Part shown: piece by piece, positions 30,307 to 32,000 of the stretch
Layout: each line of letters starts with the position of its first letter
Position numbering within the stretch: the stretch's first letter is position 1
From: Prochlorococcus sp. MIT 0801
GTDB taxonomy: Bacteria; Cyanobacteriota; Cyanobacteriia; PCC-6307; Cyanobiaceae
Reading direction: 5' to 3'
DNA: 32,000 nucleotides
Assembly (NCBI RefSeq): GCF_000757865.1
Contig: NZ_CP007754.1
Coordinates: 360,001 to 392,000, forward strand
Notes under the pieces: generated by a model
What the model was told of the DNA's origin: nothing
Database searches by the model: none
The model's input: only the letters and a program-made list of their open reading frames with translations
Position numbers and translations under genes: made by a program

Positions 30307-31167
30307 TTATAATTTAAAATCCTGATCACAAAAATCACTAATTAATTTAAATTCAAAATCAGTTTCAGGGAAATACCAGTTTGTCCAGTAAGAATTATTT
30401 AATGTATTGTTTAGAGCTCTCTTTGTGCAATTAAGAGCTAAATAGAAAGCTTTATTTTTTTTTGTTTTTGATTGAGCAATATAGTTGCCATCAAAATATG
30501 TCCAATCTGACCAATTGATAATTAAAGATCCATATTTTATCCATTTTGAAGGTTTAGGTGTTCTTAATTTCAATTTGAAATTAGGTTTGATTTTGATAGG
30601 ATAATTTAATTTATTTAAAGTCTTAACTTGTTCAATTGGGATTTTGTGAATATATGCGATAGTTGAAAGATCATCTTTATTGGACGTTTGATGATAAAAA
30701 ACTTTTTTACTTGCTAATTTAATATTTTCTCTATCGACTACTTTCTTATATGTAGTTCCCTTTGGTAAGAAGATAATCTGATTAAGCTTAAGATAAGAAT
30801 CATTTTTTAGATTATTCATGGAAATAATATCATTTAGGCTTACGTTGTAATCTCTTGCAATCTTGTAAAGAGTATCCCCTTTGCTTACTTTATAAGTAAC
30901 ATATTCATTGTTTTTGTATTTATCAATCTCTTTATGAGGTATAATTATAACTTCTCCTTCTATTATTTTTGTCGCATCATTGAAATTATTCTTATACATT
31001 AGTTCTTTTAAGGTGACTCCATATTCTTTGGATATTTTGAAAAGGGTATCACCACTTTTTGCGATAATCTTTGTCTCTGAATTAACTTTTAAAGTAAATA
31101 TTGATAAGAGTAATATAATACTATTGATGTAATATAAAATGATAGTTATTTTTATACTTTTGAACAT
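30307..31167 (-). CDS. Secreted or membrane-anchored LysM-repeat protein
   Basis: 286 aa with an N-terminal hydrophobic signal/anchor (ITIILYYINSIILLLSIFTL). There are two clear LysM repeats (AKSGDTLFKISKEYGVTLKELMYKNN; VSKGDTLYKIARDYNVSLNDIISMNNL) and a third degenerate one. The C-terminal domain of about 85 aa is rich in W, Y and N and I do not recognise it. Confidence 0.85.
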   Translation of the reverse strand: MFKSIKITIILYYINSIILLLSIFTLKVNSETKIIAKSGDTLFKISKEYGVTLKELMYKNNFNDATKIIEGEVIIIPHKEIDKYKNNEYVTYKVSKGDTLYKIARDYNVSLNDIISMNNLKNDSYLKLNQIIFLPKGTTYKKVVDRENIKLASKKVFYHQTSNKDDLSTIAYIHKIPIEQVKTLNKLNYPIKIKPNFKLKLRTPKPSKWIKYGSLIINWSDWTYFDGNYIAQSKTKKNKAFYLALNCTKRALNNTLNNSYWTNWYFPETDFEFKLISDFCDQDFKL

Positions 31168-31212
31168 CTCTATACTAAATTGATAATCTATCTTATAGAT
31201 ATTGAATTTACT

Positions 31213-32000
31213 TTAACCTATTAATTTATTAAGTAAAGATAAATCTAACTTGTATGGAGGGTATCTGAAGTTTAGATCTAGCCAAAAAGGTCTTTTTAGG
31301 ACTGATTTGTAATGAGTAAAGTTATCAAAACCTGCTTTACCGTGGTATTTTCCCATACCACTTGTTCCTACACCTCCAAATGGCAGTTCAGGTATACCTG
31401 CCTGTAAAACAACATCATTAAAACAAACACCTCCTGAAGAGGTCATTGATAGTACTTTCCCTTGTTCCTTCTCACTTCCTCCAAAAAGATATAGAGCAAG
31501 GGGTTTAGGCAATAACTTGAAATCTGAGATTGCTTGATCGAGATTTTTAATACTCAAAATAGGTAGCAATGGGCCAAAGAGTTCTTCCTTCATAAGTGGA
31601 TCATTCCGATTCTCGATTTTGATGAGTGTAGGGCTAATTCTTTTCTCTTTTTCATTGCTATCTCCTCCATAGATTATCTGGTGATTCTTTTTAGCCTGAT
31701 TTAGTAAATTATTAAGTCTATTAAATTGTTTTTCATTAATAATGCACCCCAGATGTTTTGAATCTAAAGGCGAATTTCCGTAAAAATCATTAATCGAATT
31801 TATTAAATTAGAAATTAATGAATCAAAAAGTTTATGCTCAACAAGTAAATGATCCGGAGCAATACATGTTTGACCAGCGTTTAGACTTTTTCCCCATATA
31901 ACTCTCTTTGCCGTTACCTCTAGATTTGCACCATCGATAACAACAGCTGGGCTTTTGCCTCCAAGTTCTAAAGTTACTGGAGTGAGGTTTCTTGATGCGG
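31213..32000 (-). CDS. Aldehyde dehydrogenase (ALDH3-like), C-terminal ~260 aa; N-terminus lies beyond the window
   Basis: The minus frame is open from the window edge (codon phase from 31998) to the stop at 31213. The track ORF 31213-31593 is only the part after an internal Met. The upstream in-frame translation contains LELGGKSPAVV and NAGQTCIAPDH (ALDH Glu and Cys active-site signatures), followed by EELFGPLLPI. Confidence 0.9.
   Translation of the reverse strand, partial: ASRNLTPVTLELGGKSPAVVIDGANLEVTAKRVIWGKSLNAGQTCIAPDHLLVEHKLFDSLISNLINSINDFYGNSPLDSKHLGCIINEKQFNRLNNLLNQAKKNHQIIYGGDSNEKEKRISPTLIKIENRNDPLMKEELFGPLLPILSIKNLDQAISDFKLLPKPLALYLFGGSEKEQGKVLSMTSSGGVCFNDVVLQAGIPELPFGGVGTSGMGKYHGKAGFDNFTHYKSVLKRPFWLDLNFRYPPYKLDLSLLNKLIG

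Noticed and set aside
31213-31593. 126-aa ORF taken as a complete small gene
   Set aside because: The frame stays open upstream to the window edge and encodes the ALDH catalytic Glu and Cys motifs. The 126-aa ORF is only the C-terminal part after an internal Met.

Overview
This is an AT-rich, tightly packed chromosomal segment. By gene content and rRNA sequence it looks like a marine picocyanobacterium of the Prochlorococcus (high-light clade) type; this is an inference, since no database search was possible. Almost everything here is core housekeeping or photosynthesis. On the minus strand there is a long co-directional run: nrdR, rps1, a HAD hydrolase, metK, an FGGY kinase, a DUF2470 protein and tRNA-Phe. 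Then come psbB-psbT divergent from psbM, followed by a thioesterase, prmC and tsaC. Next are tRNA-Thr and a ctpA, HD-phosphohydrolase, minC, minD, minE array, then petB-petD convergent with a GH100 invertase. A complete rRNA operon follows (16S, tRNA-Ile, tRNA-Ala, 23S, 5S), then mutM, psaE, a conserved unknown protein, a LysM protein and a partial aldehyde dehydrogenase. Four small genes or partial genes are missing from the ORF track and were found by hand: psbT, psbM, a partial phycobilisome-linker-domain gene at the left edge, and the upstream continuation of the aldehyde dehydrogenase at the right edge. I found no CRISPR array, transposase, integrase, prophage or recognisable defence or toxin cassette, and no convincing multi-gene novel system. 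The least ordinary part is the left 4.3 kb, on the 3' side of tRNA-Phe. It holds a decayed UDP-glucuronate decarboxylase pseudogene beside an intact sugar-nucleotide epimerase, an orphan ORF, an unusually long non-coding stretch, an unannotated 55-aa membrane-peptide ORF and a long perfect hairpin. Other items worth a second look are a 348-aa conserved unknown protein with an HTH-like N-terminus, a LysM protein with an uncharacterised C-terminal domain, several gene-boundary oddities, and candidate RNA structures in leaders and spacers. All are modest leads, not demonstrated novelties.
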